Shown: positions 1 through 9,615, numbered from the stretch's first letter. The stretch: DNA of 64,000 bases from an uncultured Planctomycetia bacterium (GCA_964478015.1 CAYZGM010000001.1:2981-66980), one strand, 5' to 3'. The notes: generated by a model from the sequence alone, not told the origin. Numbers and translations: made by a program.

Positions 1-47
1 ACCCTATGCAAGGGTGGATTCATAAGTTATTTAATATCAATATGTTA

Positions 48-578
48 TCAGAACTTTCTTCTCCGGCCACGAATGTCCTTGGCCCCGTCCACACGAATTT
101 CTATTTCCAATAACCCCGCCGCATTTGTCTTGCCAGACACCCGGGTATCTCTTCCAACAAAAACGGCGGCTAATTCTCTCTGCTGGTCATCCAAAAAAAC
201 AACGGGCTCCGGATTGTCGTCAGAAATAGCATTGGCCACCTCCCTACGCCAAAACTCCTCAGAAACGGTTTCCTCCTCCCTCCCCGCGGGGTCATCGAGA
301 GCAATCAGGTGGTCCCCATCCTTTCGTCTTGGATAGGAAAAAAGACCTCCGTCGGCATTGAATACGATACCGTCCGAAAACCGGCCGTGCATCGAGTCCC
401 TATGGGAACGTTTCAATATTTCAACTGTGTAGCCATGGCCCAGGAAATGCGTTTTTGGTTCACCGATGAAGTCGCGAGCCTCCTTTGCTTTAAGAATCTG
501 CAAGGCGTGCGCCTGCGAAGATTCTGTGCAAAAAAAGACAAAAATTCCAAAAAAAACAATCCAGGGATTCGGTTTCAT
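48..578 (-). CDS. Hypothetical secreted protein
   Basis: 176 aa; Sec-type signal peptide (MKPNPWIVFFGIFVFF...AHA); GAGGTG RBS just upstream, overlapping the M23 stop; no recognisable domain. Confidence 0.7.
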   Translation of the reverse strand: MKPNPWIVFFGIFVFFCTESSQAHALQILKAKEARDFIGEPKTHFLGHGYTVEILKRSHRDSMHGRFSDGIVFNADGGLFSYPRRKDGDHLIALDDPAGREEETVSEEFWRREVANAISDDNPEPVVFLDDQQRELAAVFVGRDTRVSGKTNAAGLLEIEIRVDGAKDIRGRRRKF

Positions 579-582
579 GGCA

Positions 583-1234
583 TCACCTCACGATGATCGA
601 TGGGTCTAATTGGTCCGGCAAAGGATTGACCGGCTGTCCATTTTTACGTATCTCAAAATGCAGATGGGGAGACATCTTGGGGTTATTCGCATTGCCTGTT
701 TTGCCCGAGAGTCCAATCACTTGCCCGGCGGCTACCCAGTCCCCCACCTGTGTTTGGATCCGAGATAAGTGTGCGTAACAAGTGCTAGCCTCATCGGGAT
801 GCAGGATGACCACATACCAGCCATAGCCCTTGTCCTCCCCGGCATAAACGACCCTCCCGCTTTTGGCCGCAAAAACTGGATTCCCGACGCGGGTTAAAAG
901 ATCAATGCCTTGATGAGTGCGCCCCCGGTTTCTTGAGACGCCGAACGCGCCTTTTCCAAAAGAGTCGTTTCGTAGCAAAGCGCGGTCGGAAAATGTAACG
1001 ACCGGAAAAAGAAAATAAGGCTCATGGGCTCGAACCGCTTCGCGTTCAAAATAAAGGACCCAGGAGAGGGACGAGAAACACGCACAACCTGAAAGGAAAA
1101 ACAGAGCAGGCCCCAAAAATCTCGTGTGCCGCTTAAAAATGCAGGACCGCCCGAACCATGGCCACCAGCAATATGCCGGCGACCATACCGATAAATGTGT
1201 ATTTGGATGGCTCAAAATCAAATCCGGGAAACAT
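583..1234 (-). CDS. Membrane-anchored M23 family metallopeptidase, apparently split by a +1 frameshift at ~1135 (alternatively starts at TTG 1116)
   Basis: M23 motifs HQGIDL, YAHL, PHLHFEIR. Upstream 33-aa ORF 1133-1234 (MFPGFDFEPSKYTFIGMVAGILLVAMVRAVLHF) joins the M23 frame if one T is removed from CATTTTTAAG. Confidence 0.8.
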
Positions 1235-1240
1235 GGGGGT

Positions 1241-1270
1241 ATTGTAATACGGGATTCCCTGCCATGGCAA
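1241..1270 (-). promoter_or_regulatory. Putative sigma70 promoter, leaderless start at ATG 1234
   Basis: TTGCCA-18 nt-TACAAT, 6 nt upstream of ATG; no SD. Confidence 0.45.
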
Positions 1271-1285
1271 CAATTGAAATTTGCT

Positions 1286-1329
1286 CAAAAAAGGACCCCG
1301 CCCCCCTAAACAAGTTTGGAGGGGCGGGG
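1286..1329 (-). terminator. Intrinsic terminator downstream of the 46-aa ORF
   Basis: Long GC stem CCCCGCCCC..AAAC/GTTT..GGGGCGGGG (1296-1329) followed on the minus strand by TCCTTTTTT. Confidence 0.8.
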
Positions 1330-1346
1330 AGTTTAGACGGCCGGTC

Positions 1347-1487
1347 TTATTTCAGGCTGATCATTTTGGCCCCAAAAAGGACGGCCAGAATAACGATCAG
1401 CGGTAGATGCGCGCTTAGCTGGGTTGCAAAAAATAGGCCTAGCACAACACCGTAGAGAAGACCGCTCAAAAGATCATGTTTAATCAT
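1347..1487 (-). CDS. 46-aa two-helix membrane microprotein (not in ORF track)
   Basis: MIKHDLLSGLLYGVVLGLFFATQLSAHLPLIVILAVLFGAKMISLK; SD GGGGGTGA 5 nt upstream; own terminator downstream. Confidence 0.7.
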   Translation of the reverse strand: MIKHDLLSGLLYGVVLGLFFATQLSAHLPLIVILAVLFGAKMISLK

Positions 1488-1612
1488 CTGAATCACCCCC
1501 GTTCAGGAGTCATTCCTTTATTCAATGCTCAATAATCATTCCCCCCTTCCTAGTACTTCTAGTATGGATGAGGACAGGAGCCAATGTTAGGGCTTGTTAA
1601 AATATGATAAGA

Positions 1613-2485
1613 TTAGTTAAAAATAGACCTAGATAAGACCCACTGAGAAATTTTGAGGAAGATCGCTTCGCGGGTTGTTTCGTTCAGGAGCTCATGATAC
1701 AGTCCCTCGTAGATCTCGAGCTCTTTATTCTGAGAGCGTAATTTTTCAAAGAAACGTACGGTGGCCTCCCGGGACACCACCCGGTCGTCCCCCGCCTGAA
1801 GAACCAATGCCGGGATATGAATACGCGAGGCCGTCGTATCCGCACAACGGATCATACGAACGAGTTCTGAATAAAGTCTTGCGCTAATCTGGTGATGAAT
1901 CAGGCGGTCAGAGCCGTACTTTTTTTTAATCTCCGCGTCGTGTGTTAAAAATGCGGGATCTACGCGGTTATTCTGGGTGAGATCCGAAAAAAGGCAAGAT
2001 CCGCCGCAGGCCAAAAAATGTCTCCAACGCGGAATCTTCAAACTGATCCCGAAGTTTGGGGAACTTAAGACCAGCCCCCTGGCCTCAATTTCCGGGCGCT
2101 CAGCCAGGAAAGACGAAACCACCAACCCCCCGTAACTGTGTCCCATAAAAAATAGACCGGAAACACCCGCTTTCTCTTTGGCTAGACGATAAACAACGGC
2201 CAGATCAGAAAAATAATCAGAAAACTTTCGGAGGCAGCCGCGCTTGCCGCCGCTTTGCCCGAAACCCCTTAGATCGGGGAGATAGGAGGCAATTCCCGCT
2301 GAGGCAAGGTGTTCAGCGAATGCCGTGTAGCGTCCGCCATGTTCCCCCATCCCGTGAACGACGATCATGGCTGTTTTTGTCGCCGAGGATGGCGTTAACG
2401 CTCGAAAAAAAATAGGGGTCTCGTCATGCGAGACGAAGCGGTGCTCAGACCAAAGGTCCAACGAAGCATTACCTTTCGGCGGCAT
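1613..2485 (-). CDS. Alpha/beta hydrolase, lysophospholipase/monoglyceride lipase (PldB-like)
   Basis: HGMGEH, DLRGFGQS, nucleophile GHSYG, GDDRVV, YHELLNE; start ATG 2485 overlaps fadD end. Confidence 0.9.
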   Translation of the reverse strand: MPPKGNASLDLWSEHRFVSHDETPIFFRALTPSSATKTAMIVVHGMGEHGGRYTAFAEHLASAGIASYLPDLRGFGQSGGKRGCLRKFSDYFSDLAVVYRLAKEKAGVSGLFFMGHSYGGLVVSSFLAERPEIEARGLVLSSPNFGISLKIPRWRHFLACGGSCLFSDLTQNNRVDPAFLTHDAEIKKKYGSDRLIHHQISARLYSELVRMIRCADTTASRIHIPALVLQAGDDRVVSREATVRFFEKLRSQNKELEIYEGLYHELLNETTREAIFLKISQWVLSRSIFN

Positions 2486-4256
2486 AAAAAGACTGTAGAA
2501 GGTCTTTGTACCGATTCTGAACAACCTCCCTTTTGACTTTCAGGGTCGGTGTTAGCTCGCCGGAGGCCTGACTAAAATCTTTATCCAGAAGGGCAAAAAA
2601 TTTGATGCGTTCGTAGGGCGCAAAATCTTTCATGAGTTCTTGCACGCGTCCATCCATGAATTGAAAAATCTTTGGATTGTGTAGCAGATCCTGGTAATCT
2701 CGGTGCTCAATTTTTTGCTCAAGGGCCCATTCCGCGAGAGGGGCCTCCTTAGGAACAATCAGCGCGGTGATGCATTTTTTCCCCTCGCCAAAAAGGACGC
2801 AGCGCAAAATGTAGGGGTCCTTTTCAAGGAGAACTTCGATCGGTCTGGGGGTTATTTTTTTACCGCCGGAGGTGACGATAAGCTCCTTTTTTCTTCCCGT
2901 GATAAACAAAAATCCCTCGGAGTCAAGGTGGCCCAGATCCCCGGTATAAAACCAGCCGTCTTTGAGCGCCTGCGCGGTCTCGACCGGCTTTCGAAAGTAG
3001 CCTTTCATGACGCAGGCGCTTCGTGTGATGATCTCGCCATCCTCGGAAATCTTTACTTCCACCGTCCGAAGCGGAATACCCACGGAGCCAAAACGGTGCC
3101 GATCGTGACGATTCACCGTGATGACCGGAGCTGTCTCCGTCAATCCGTATCCCTCGTAGATCATGACGCCGAGGTCACAAAAAAACTCACCAATCTCCTT
3201 TGACAACGGGGCTCCGCCTGACACGCAAAAACGCAGACGCCCTCCGAGCCCCTTTTTAAACTTATGGTAAACCAAGATTTCGGCCAGGGGCGTCGAAAGC
3301 TTGGCCATCCAGCCTGTTTTTTCTCCCACCCTTTTTCTACGTCCCAGTTCGCGAGCGTAAGCGAACAGTCCTTGCCGGAACGGACTTGCCGAGCGCACCT
3401 TGTCCATGACCCGTGTTTGGATTTTCTCAAAGAACCGAGGGACTCCCAAAATAAAGGTTGGTCGTATCTCAGAAATATTCTGCGGGACGGTATCCAAATT
3501 TTCTGCATAGGCGATCGTCGCGCCCAGACGGACCATCAGGTAATGTCCGGCCATTCGTTCGAACACATGGCAAAGCGGCAGGAAAGATAAGTGTACGTCG
3601 GCGGAGCTCATTTTCAGGGTTTCTTCCGACAGAACAACATTTTGGATGAAATTCGAGTGTGTCAGCATCACTCCTTTTGGGGTCCCGGTCGTTCCGGAAG
3701 TGTAAATGATGCTGGCCAGCTCAGACGACCCGACATTTTTCCGGATCCGGTCCAAATCCTCATGCGTTGGCGTGTTCCAAAGATCCGAGGTTCCAAAGAT
3801 AGGGATCTCAATCTCCCTGCGATCTAGGAGCACGGAGCTTTCAAAAGCGATCATTCCTCGCAGGGACGGTACTTGTCTTTGAATGGAGCTTACTTTCTGG
3901 AACAGAGCTTTATTGGAAAGCGCAAGCCACTCACAGGCGGAATCCACAAGAATGTATTGGATTTCGGAGGCGCTGAGCGTGGTGTAGATCGGAACCGTGG
4001 AAGCGCCGATCGAAAGGGCCGCAAAGTCTGTGATGAGCCATTCAGGCCGGTTTTCCGAGAGGATCCCGATCCGATCGCCAGTTTTTACACCCTGCTTTAA
4101 AAAAAAAGAAGCCAGGGCATTCACGCGGCGCTGGACCTGATCCCAGCCCAGGCCTTGATATTTTTGATTCTCCTTGTGGAATAGGGTTTTTTTTGTCGGG
4201 GTTCGAAAGGATGTTTCTTGCAGCAAAAGCGCCAAATTCTGCGGTGGTGTATTCAA
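2469..4256 (-). CDS. fadD: Long-chain-fatty-acid--CoA ligase
   Basis: YTSGTTGTPKG, YEGYGLTE, TGDLG, ELTPTLKVKR; start re-assigned to TTG 4256. Confidence 0.92.
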   Translation of the reverse strand: MNTPPQNLALLLQETSFRTPTKKTLFHKENQKYQGLGWDQVQRRVNALASFFLKQGVKTGDRIGILSENRPEWLITDFAALSIGASTVPIYTTLSASEIQYILVDSACEWLALSNKALFQKVSSIQRQVPSLRGMIAFESSVLLDRREIEIPIFGTSDLWNTPTHEDLDRIRKNVGSSELASIIYTSGTTGTPKGVMLTHSNFIQNVVLSEETLKMSSADVHLSFLPLCHVFERMAGHYLMVRLGATIAYAENLDTVPQNISEIRPTFILGVPRFFEKIQTRVMDKVRSASPFRQGLFAYARELGRRKRVGEKTGWMAKLSTPLAEILVYHKFKKGLGGRLRFCVSGGAPLSKEIGEFFCDLGVMIYEGYGLTETAPVITVNRHDRHRFGSVGIPLRTVEVKISEDGEIITRSACVMKGYFRKPVETAQALKDGWFYTGDLGHLDSEGFLFITGRKKELIVTSGGKKITPRPIEVLLEKDPYILRCVLFGEGKKCITALIVPKEAPLAEWALEQKIEHRDYQDLLHNPKIFQFMDGRVQELMKDFAPYERIKFFALLDKDFSQASGELTPTLKVKREVVQNRYKDLLQSFYAAER

Positions 4257-4272
4257 GAGGCCTTTGGTGGGG

Positions 4273-5058
4273 TCAATTGTCCGTAAATTTCGGTTGGCGT
4301 TTTTCAATGAATGCCCGAATACCCTCCCGCATGTCATGGGTGGGTATGAGGGTTCGGAATTCAGCTTCCTCGATAGACATCCCCTCTTCGAGATTTTTAT
4401 CCAGCCCCTGGCGCATTGCGCGCATCGCCGCCCGAATGGCGGGGAGACCGTGACGCGAAATTTTTTTTCCCATTTCACGGGCCGCTTTGATCAGCGATCC
4501 ATCTGAGACGACCCGGTTGACTAGCCCAATGCGAAGGGCTTCTTGCGGTGTAATCAAGTCCCCCGTCAAGATAAGTTCCGCTGCGCGGCTTGGACCCACC
4601 ACGCGGGGCAAACGCTGACTCCCCCCAAATCCGGGAATAATGCCGAGCGTGATCTCGGGTTGGGCAAAACGCGTGCGGTCAGAGGCGATGCGCAGGTGGC
4701 AGGCCAGAACAAGTTCCTGCCCTCCTCCGACGCAGGCACCGTGAATCGCGGCAATCACTGGTTTTTCAGAATTTTCGATCTTATTGAAAACTTTTTGCCC
4801 CTTTTGAATCACTTTTGCAATTTCTTCCGGCGTGGTGAGGGAGGCCATTTCTTTCAGGTCTACGCCCGCTATAAAAACATTCGGGATGGCGCTGACGATG
4901 ACAATGACTTTTGTTTTTGGTTCCGCGTTCAGCTCATCCGTTGCCTGCTCTAGTTCCCCCAAGAGCTGAGTGCCCAGCGCATTCACGGGGGGCCTGTTGA
5001 TGCTTAAAAAGGAAACCCCGTCTTCCGTGGAGATGCTTAAAAATTGAAATTGGGTCAT
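4273..5058 (-). CDS. Enoyl-CoA hydratase/crotonase family
   Basis: NRPPVNAL, AGVDL, GGGQEL, QPEITLGIIPGFGG, FIEKRQP. Confidence 0.93.
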   Translation of the reverse strand: MTQFQFLSISTEDGVSFLSINRPPVNALGTQLLGELEQATDELNAEPKTKVIVIVSAIPNVFIAGVDLKEMASLTTPEEIAKVIQKGQKVFNKIENSEKPVIAAIHGACVGGGQELVLACHLRIASDRTRFAQPEITLGIIPGFGGSQRLPRVVGPSRAAELILTGDLITPQEALRIGLVNRVVSDGSLIKAAREMGKKISRHGLPAIRAAMRAMRQGLDKNLEEGMSIEEAEFRTLIPTHDMREGIRAFIEKRQPKFTDN

Positions 5059-5084
5059 TGGTCCTCCTTGGTCTTAAGAACGCC

Positions 5085-6308
5085 TTACGCGTATTCTAGA
5101 AATCCCCGCTTTGTTTTTTTTCCCAGAAACCCCGCCAGCACCATTCGTCGAATCACGGGAGCTGGCCAAAACCGGTCGCCATAGAGCTTGTGCAGCGATT
5201 CCAGCTCCTGAAGCACAGCATCGATCCCAAGTTCGTCTGCGTATTGGAGCAAGCCGCCTTTGGCTTGAGGAAAACCGATTCCCGCAAGAACAGCTACATC
5301 GATGTCTGCGGGTGAGGCCACTTTTTCCTGAAGACATAAGGCCGCTTCATTGATCATAGCCATGAGAAGGCGATTGGCTGAAAAAGGTGCTTTTTTGGTG
5401 CCGGGCGCCGATGCTTTCTTCTGAATGCCGGCGAGAAGATGTTCCACCGTTCGGTCGTTTTCTTCCCCTCCATAATTGTAGAAGCCCGCACCGTTTTTAA
5501 CGCCAAAACGATTTTTTTGGTAAACCTCCTCCCAAAGTTGGGCAGGAGCCATACGGGGTCCGTACTCCGCAAGCAGAATTCCCACGACATCATGGCAAAT
5601 GTCGAGCCCGATCGTGTCGACCAGAATGAATGGCCCCATCGGAAAGCCAAACTCGACCATCACTCGGTCTATTTCTTTCAAAGACGTACCCTCTTGAGCG
5701 CAGAACGCCGCTTCGTTCAGATAGGGCATGAGAAGACGATTGACCAAAAAACCCGCGCACTCATTGACGCGCACAGGAATTTTTCTTAGGCCCTCGCAAA
5801 ACGCAATGGAATCTGCCACGGTTTCGTCGGAGGTGGCCAGGCCCGGAATGACCTCGATGAGTTTCATCACATGCGCTGGGAAAAAAAAGTGGATGCCAAC
5901 AACTTTTTCGGGGCGTTTGGTCACGGCACCCAAAGCACTGATGGATAGCGCCGATGTGTTGCTCGCCAACAAAGCATGCTCGGGTAGAATGGCGTCTAAT
6001 TCCTGGAATATTTTTTTCTTGATGTGAATTTTCTCAGGAACAGCTTCGATGACGATATCGACGTCCTTGAGAGACGTAAGATCTGTCGTCACGCTGACGA
6101 GAGACATTTTCGACTCCATCTCAGACGGAGACATTTTTCCTTTGTCTACGCGGGCTTGGTAGATCTTTCGAATGTTTGCGAGCGCCTGCTGCGCCAGCTT
6201 GTCATCCACTTCACGCAACACGACGGGCAAGCCAGAATAGCTGATCACCTGCGCGATCCCGGAGCCCATGGCCCCGCCGCCAACCACCGCCGCCTTATAA
6301 ATAGTCAT
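5085..6308 (-). CDS. 3-hydroxyacyl-CoA dehydrogenase with two C-terminal domains
   Basis: GGGAMGSG, IEAVPE, SNTS, HFF, GFLVNR, GFPMGP; ATGA overlap with thiolase stop. Confidence 0.93.
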   Translation of the reverse strand: MTIYKAAVVGGGAMGSGIAQVISYSGLPVVLREVDDKLAQQALANIRKIYQARVDKGKMSPSEMESKMSLVSVTTDLTSLKDVDIVIEAVPEKIHIKKKIFQELDAILPEHALLASNTSALSISALGAVTKRPEKVVGIHFFFPAHVMKLIEVIPGLATSDETVADSIAFCEGLRKIPVRVNECAGFLVNRLLMPYLNEAAFCAQEGTSLKEIDRVMVEFGFPMGPFILVDTIGLDICHDVVGILLAEYGPRMAPAQLWEEVYQKNRFGVKNGAGFYNYGGEENDRTVEHLLAGIQKKASAPGTKKAPFSANRLLMAMINEAALCLQEKVASPADIDVAVLAGIGFPQAKGGLLQYADELGIDAVLQELESLHKLYGDRFWPAPVIRRMVLAGFLGKKTKRGFLEYA

Positions 6309-7504
6309 TTTCTCTCCAAGACGACCGCCGCACCTTGACCGCCGCCGATGCACAGTGAGGCGACGCCGTAACAGAGGCTCTTTCGTTTCATCTCGTGCAA
6401 CAGGGTCAGGATGATTCTGGTCCCGGTGGTTCCGACGGGATGTCCGAGGGCGATGGCACCGCCATTGACGTTCATGAGGTTACGATCAAGACCCAGTACT
6501 TTTTCACAGGCGATCACCTGCGCGGCGAAAGCCTCGTTCAATTCTATCAATTGGATGTCTTTGAGCGTCAGGCCCGCTTTTTTAAGCGCCAGAGGGATTG
6601 CCACTGTCGGGCCAATGCCCATCCGTTGCGGTTCCACGCCGCCAAACGCGTAAGCGCGGACGGTCCCCAACACCTGCTTGTATCCTAATTCATCTGCTTT
6701 TTTTCGCGTCATGATAAGAAGAGCTGCTGCGCCATCGGAGATTCCACAGGCGTTTCCCGGCGTCACCGTTCCGTTCTCCTTGAACGTGGTCGGATAGAGC
6801 GCGAGCATTTGCTCGTTGAGCGCCGGATTTGGACCCTCGTCCTGCATCACCGTTTCGGGCGGCAAGGGTTTCCCCATGGTTCTTTTTTGGACCAGGACGG
6901 GGGCGATTTCTTCCTTGAACTTTCCCTCGCGTGTGGCGCGAAAAGCGCGCTGATGGCTCAGCACCGCATACTGGTCTTGCTCAGACCGGGTGATCTTGAA
7001 TTCTTCCACGAGATTCTCGGCGGTGCGTCCCATCAATTGACCGCAGATAGGGTCCGTGAGCCCCTCCCACAGAGCATCGATCATTTCGGTGCTGCGCATG
7101 CGTTTTCCAAACCGTAGATCACGGCTAACATAGGGTTGGGTTGACATGGACTCTGTCCCGCCCACGATTTGGACATTCGCATCCCCAGAGAGAATATTTT
7201 GGCAGCCGCTCACCACCGCCTGAATGCCAGAAGCGCAGTTTCTTGCCACCGTGTACCCAGGAACTGTTTTGGGAATGTCGGCCATCAACGAGATGACGCG
7301 CGCAATATTCGGCGCATCGCTGGCCTGTCCCACGCAGCCGAAGATGACCTCGTCCACCGAGGCCGGCGTGATTTTTGTTTTTTCCAGGAGAGCCCGCACA
7401 ACAACCTCGCCGAGTTTTTGCGCGGATAGATCGCGAAAAGCTCCGCCAAACACGCCCTGCGGCGTACGCACACCATCTACGATCACGATCTCTGTTTCAG
7501 GCAT
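6305..7504 (-). CDS. Acetyl-CoA C-acyltransferase (thiolase)
   Basis: NCASG, NEAF, GHPVG, LCIGGGQG. Confidence 0.95.
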   Translation of the reverse strand: MPETEIVIVDGVRTPQGVFGGAFRDLSAQKLGEVVVRALLEKTKITPASVDEVIFGCVGQASDAPNIARVISLMADIPKTVPGYTVARNCASGIQAVVSGCQNILSGDANVQIVGGTESMSTQPYVSRDLRFGKRMRSTEMIDALWEGLTDPICGQLMGRTAENLVEEFKITRSEQDQYAVLSHQRAFRATREGKFKEEIAPVLVQKRTMGKPLPPETVMQDEGPNPALNEQMLALYPTTFKENGTVTPGNACGISDGAAALLIMTRKKADELGYKQVLGTVRAYAFGGVEPQRMGIGPTVAIPLALKKAGLTLKDIQLIELNEAFAAQVIACEKVLGLDRNLMNVNGGAIALGHPVGTTGTRIILTLLHEMKRKSLCYGVASLCIGGGQGAAVVLERK

Positions 7505-7527
7505 GGGCCCCTCGTTTTGTATTTTTA

Positions 7528-9615
7528 TCAGACATTCTGCTGCGATACAAGCGCTTTTATCTTCGGAAGAAGCCGCAGGGTCTCTTCTTCTCCCCGATGA
7601 ATGAAAGGGGCCGGTTTATAGAAGTTGACCCAGCTCGAGTTCGGAAGAACCGGCCTCACAAGAACGTCTGCGCCCTCCCCCTCAATGTCAGCAATTTCCG
7701 CTTCCATCGATTGGATCGTGTTCATCAAAATATCGAATAAGTTGGGCGAAAAAAACCGGGCCATGGATTGCTTGAACCAAAAAAGACCTTGGGCTGCGAA
7801 GCCTTTCTCCATTGCTTCGGACCGGGCTTTTTCTACGGCCTCATTCTTGATCAGTCTTTTTTCCATCATGTCCTTGCTCGTGGGAAAGACGTTTACGGCG
7901 ATCACCTTGTTGGCTCCGGCCTGATGGAGCGCACGAATGGGCAAAGGGTTTAAAATACCGCCGTCGACGATGACATTCCCATCCATCATGATCGGTTTGA
8001 TGATGGCCGGGATCGCGATCGAGGCCCTGACAGCGTCTGCCACGGAACCCGATTCGAACAGGAAGCTTTGCCGTGTGGTGAGATTGGCCGCTGTTACTTT
8101 TAGAGAGATGCGGCATTGATCGAAGCTTTTATTGCCAAGATACTTGCGAAAATGGCGGATTACCTGTTGCCCGTGAAGCAGACCCCTGTAGGGGAAGAGG
8201 TTGATGTCAATAAGATTGCTCATCAGAAGCCTCAAATTAATCTGCATGGCGGCTTTCTCGATCTCCATGGGATTGAGCCCCACCGCATAGAGCGAGCCGA
8301 TCAAAGCGCCTATGCTGGAACCGGCGATGATATCCACGGGTATTTTTTCGCGCTCCAGTACTTTTAAGACGCCAATATGCGCCAGGCCAAAGGCCGCACC
8401 GCTGCCCAGCGCTAACCCGACAAGATTCCCGCTCAGGTATCGTGCCATGTGGCGTATGCGGCGCGAGTATTCCGCGTCAGGGTTTTCGGTGACAATGGGC
8501 CACCCAGCCCCCTGGTCCTGACTGGCCGGTGCGATCGGCACGGAAAAACATCGCTTTTTCCCAAACATTTCTTGTCTTAGCGCAGCCGTTGTGTGAGCGC
8601 CGAAAGCGACCTCATGGATCACGATGACGATCTTGTCCTCGGGGAATGACAACGATTTTTCGATGTCACGCAAGGCATCCCGAGATTCCGCAAGGCTATT
8701 GAGATGACTATCTGTGACGAGAAATAAAAAATCGGACTGCGATACGGCTTTCATGGACGCCTCATCGGGCTCCGGGCTCAGATCCATGACGATGAAGCGG
8801 AAATCGATCGACAGATGATTCAAAAGCGAAATCAACGTCGCGTGGGCATCCGTGTCTTTCGGGTCGTAGGATAAACAAAGAAAATCAAAACCGGCGCGAT
8901 GCTTCAAAAGACGGCTTTTCAATTCTTCGGCGGAAAAAGATTCGATGTTCTGGAAATTTCTGAGCGGAATCTTTTCAATGCGTTCACCGAGCGACGGGCC
9001 CTCTGATCCCGAGGAGGACAGATCCAGCAGAACCGTCTTTTGGCGGGTCTGCTCCAGAAGGCTGGCCGCCAAATTCATGGAGAAAAAACCTCTCTGGGTT
9101 TTTGGCAAACTTCCATAGATCGAGAGAATATCGCTTTTAAAAAGCGAGCGGGAACGAGTTTCGGTTATCTTGAGGCGAGAACTCAGGCGCCGGCTAAGTT
9201 CAAGCGAAATCGTGGCATTACGTTCGATGGATTTTTTAAAACCATCCTTTTTTATTTCGAGTACCAGGGAATCCGAGAGAGCGTGGATTGTAGCGGAATG
9301 CGGTTGCTCCGTAAGAAGGGACATTTCGCCAAAATAATCACCGCGCCGAAGGTACGCCAGGACCTTTTTCTTGTCGAGTACCGTGACGAATGCCTCGAAG
9401 CGGCCCGAAACAATGACGTAAAAACTCTCCGCCTCCCCGCCCTCCCGGTAAACAGTTTCATCTTTTTTGTACTCGACCAGGCGCATCAGCTGGCTGATGG
9501 ATCTTAGCTCCCAAGGACTTAATCCTGCAAAGAGCGGGCATTGGCCCAACAGCACAACCTTGTCAATTTTCTGGAAACGATTGCCTGCGTCCTGACCGAG
9601 CGGCGCCGAGTCCAT
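7528..9615 (-). CDS. Cyclic-nucleotide-binding + degenerate MinD/ParA-like + patatin phospholipase
   Basis: cNMP domain (FGEMSLL); middle region NLAASL..VLLDL and FIVMDLSP; patatin GSGAAFG, GSSIG, DGG. Confidence 0.88.
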   Translation of the reverse strand: MDSAPLGQDAGNRFQKIDKVVLLGQCPLFAGLSPWELRSISQLMRLVEYKKDETVYREGGEAESFYVIVSGRFEAFVTVLDKKKVLAYLRRGDYFGEMSLLTEQPHSATIHALSDSLVLEIKKDGFKKSIERNATISLELSRRLSSRLKITETRSRSLFKSDILSIYGSLPKTQRGFFSMNLAASLLEQTRQKTVLLDLSSSGSEGPSLGERIEKIPLRNFQNIESFSAEELKSRLLKHRAGFDFLCLSYDPKDTDAHATLISLLNHLSIDFRFIVMDLSPEPDEASMKAVSQSDFLFLVTDSHLNSLAESRDALRDIEKSLSFPEDKIVIVIHEVAFGAHTTAALRQEMFGKKRCFSVPIAPASQDQGAGWPIVTENPDAEYSRRIRHMARYLSGNLVGLALGSGAAFGLAHIGVLKVLEREKIPVDIIAGSSIGALIGSLYAVGLNPMEIEKAAMQINLRLLMSNLIDINLFPYRGLLHGQQVIRHFRKYLGNKSFDQCRISLKVTAANLTTRQSFLFESGSVADAVRASIAIPAIIKPIMMDGNVIVDGGILNPLPIRALHQAGANKVIAVNVFPTSKDMMEKRLIKNEAVEKARSEAMEKGFAAQGLFWFKQSMARFFSPNLFDILMNTIQSMEAEIADIEGEGADVLVRPVLPNSSWVNFYKPAPFIHRGEEETLRLLPKIKALVSQQNV

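Noticed and set aside
4257-4478. Long N-terminal extensions in the ORF track (fadD; likewise fmt, gmhB, PilZ 9615, GT2 54992)
   Set aside because: They overlap upstream genes and lack homology; downstream starts coupled to stop codons fit better
7528-9615. CBASS/Pycsar-type cyclic-nucleotide-activated phospholipase defence system
   Set aside because: No CD-NTase or nucleotide cyclase in the window; the patatin is NTE/RssA-like and sits among metabolic genes
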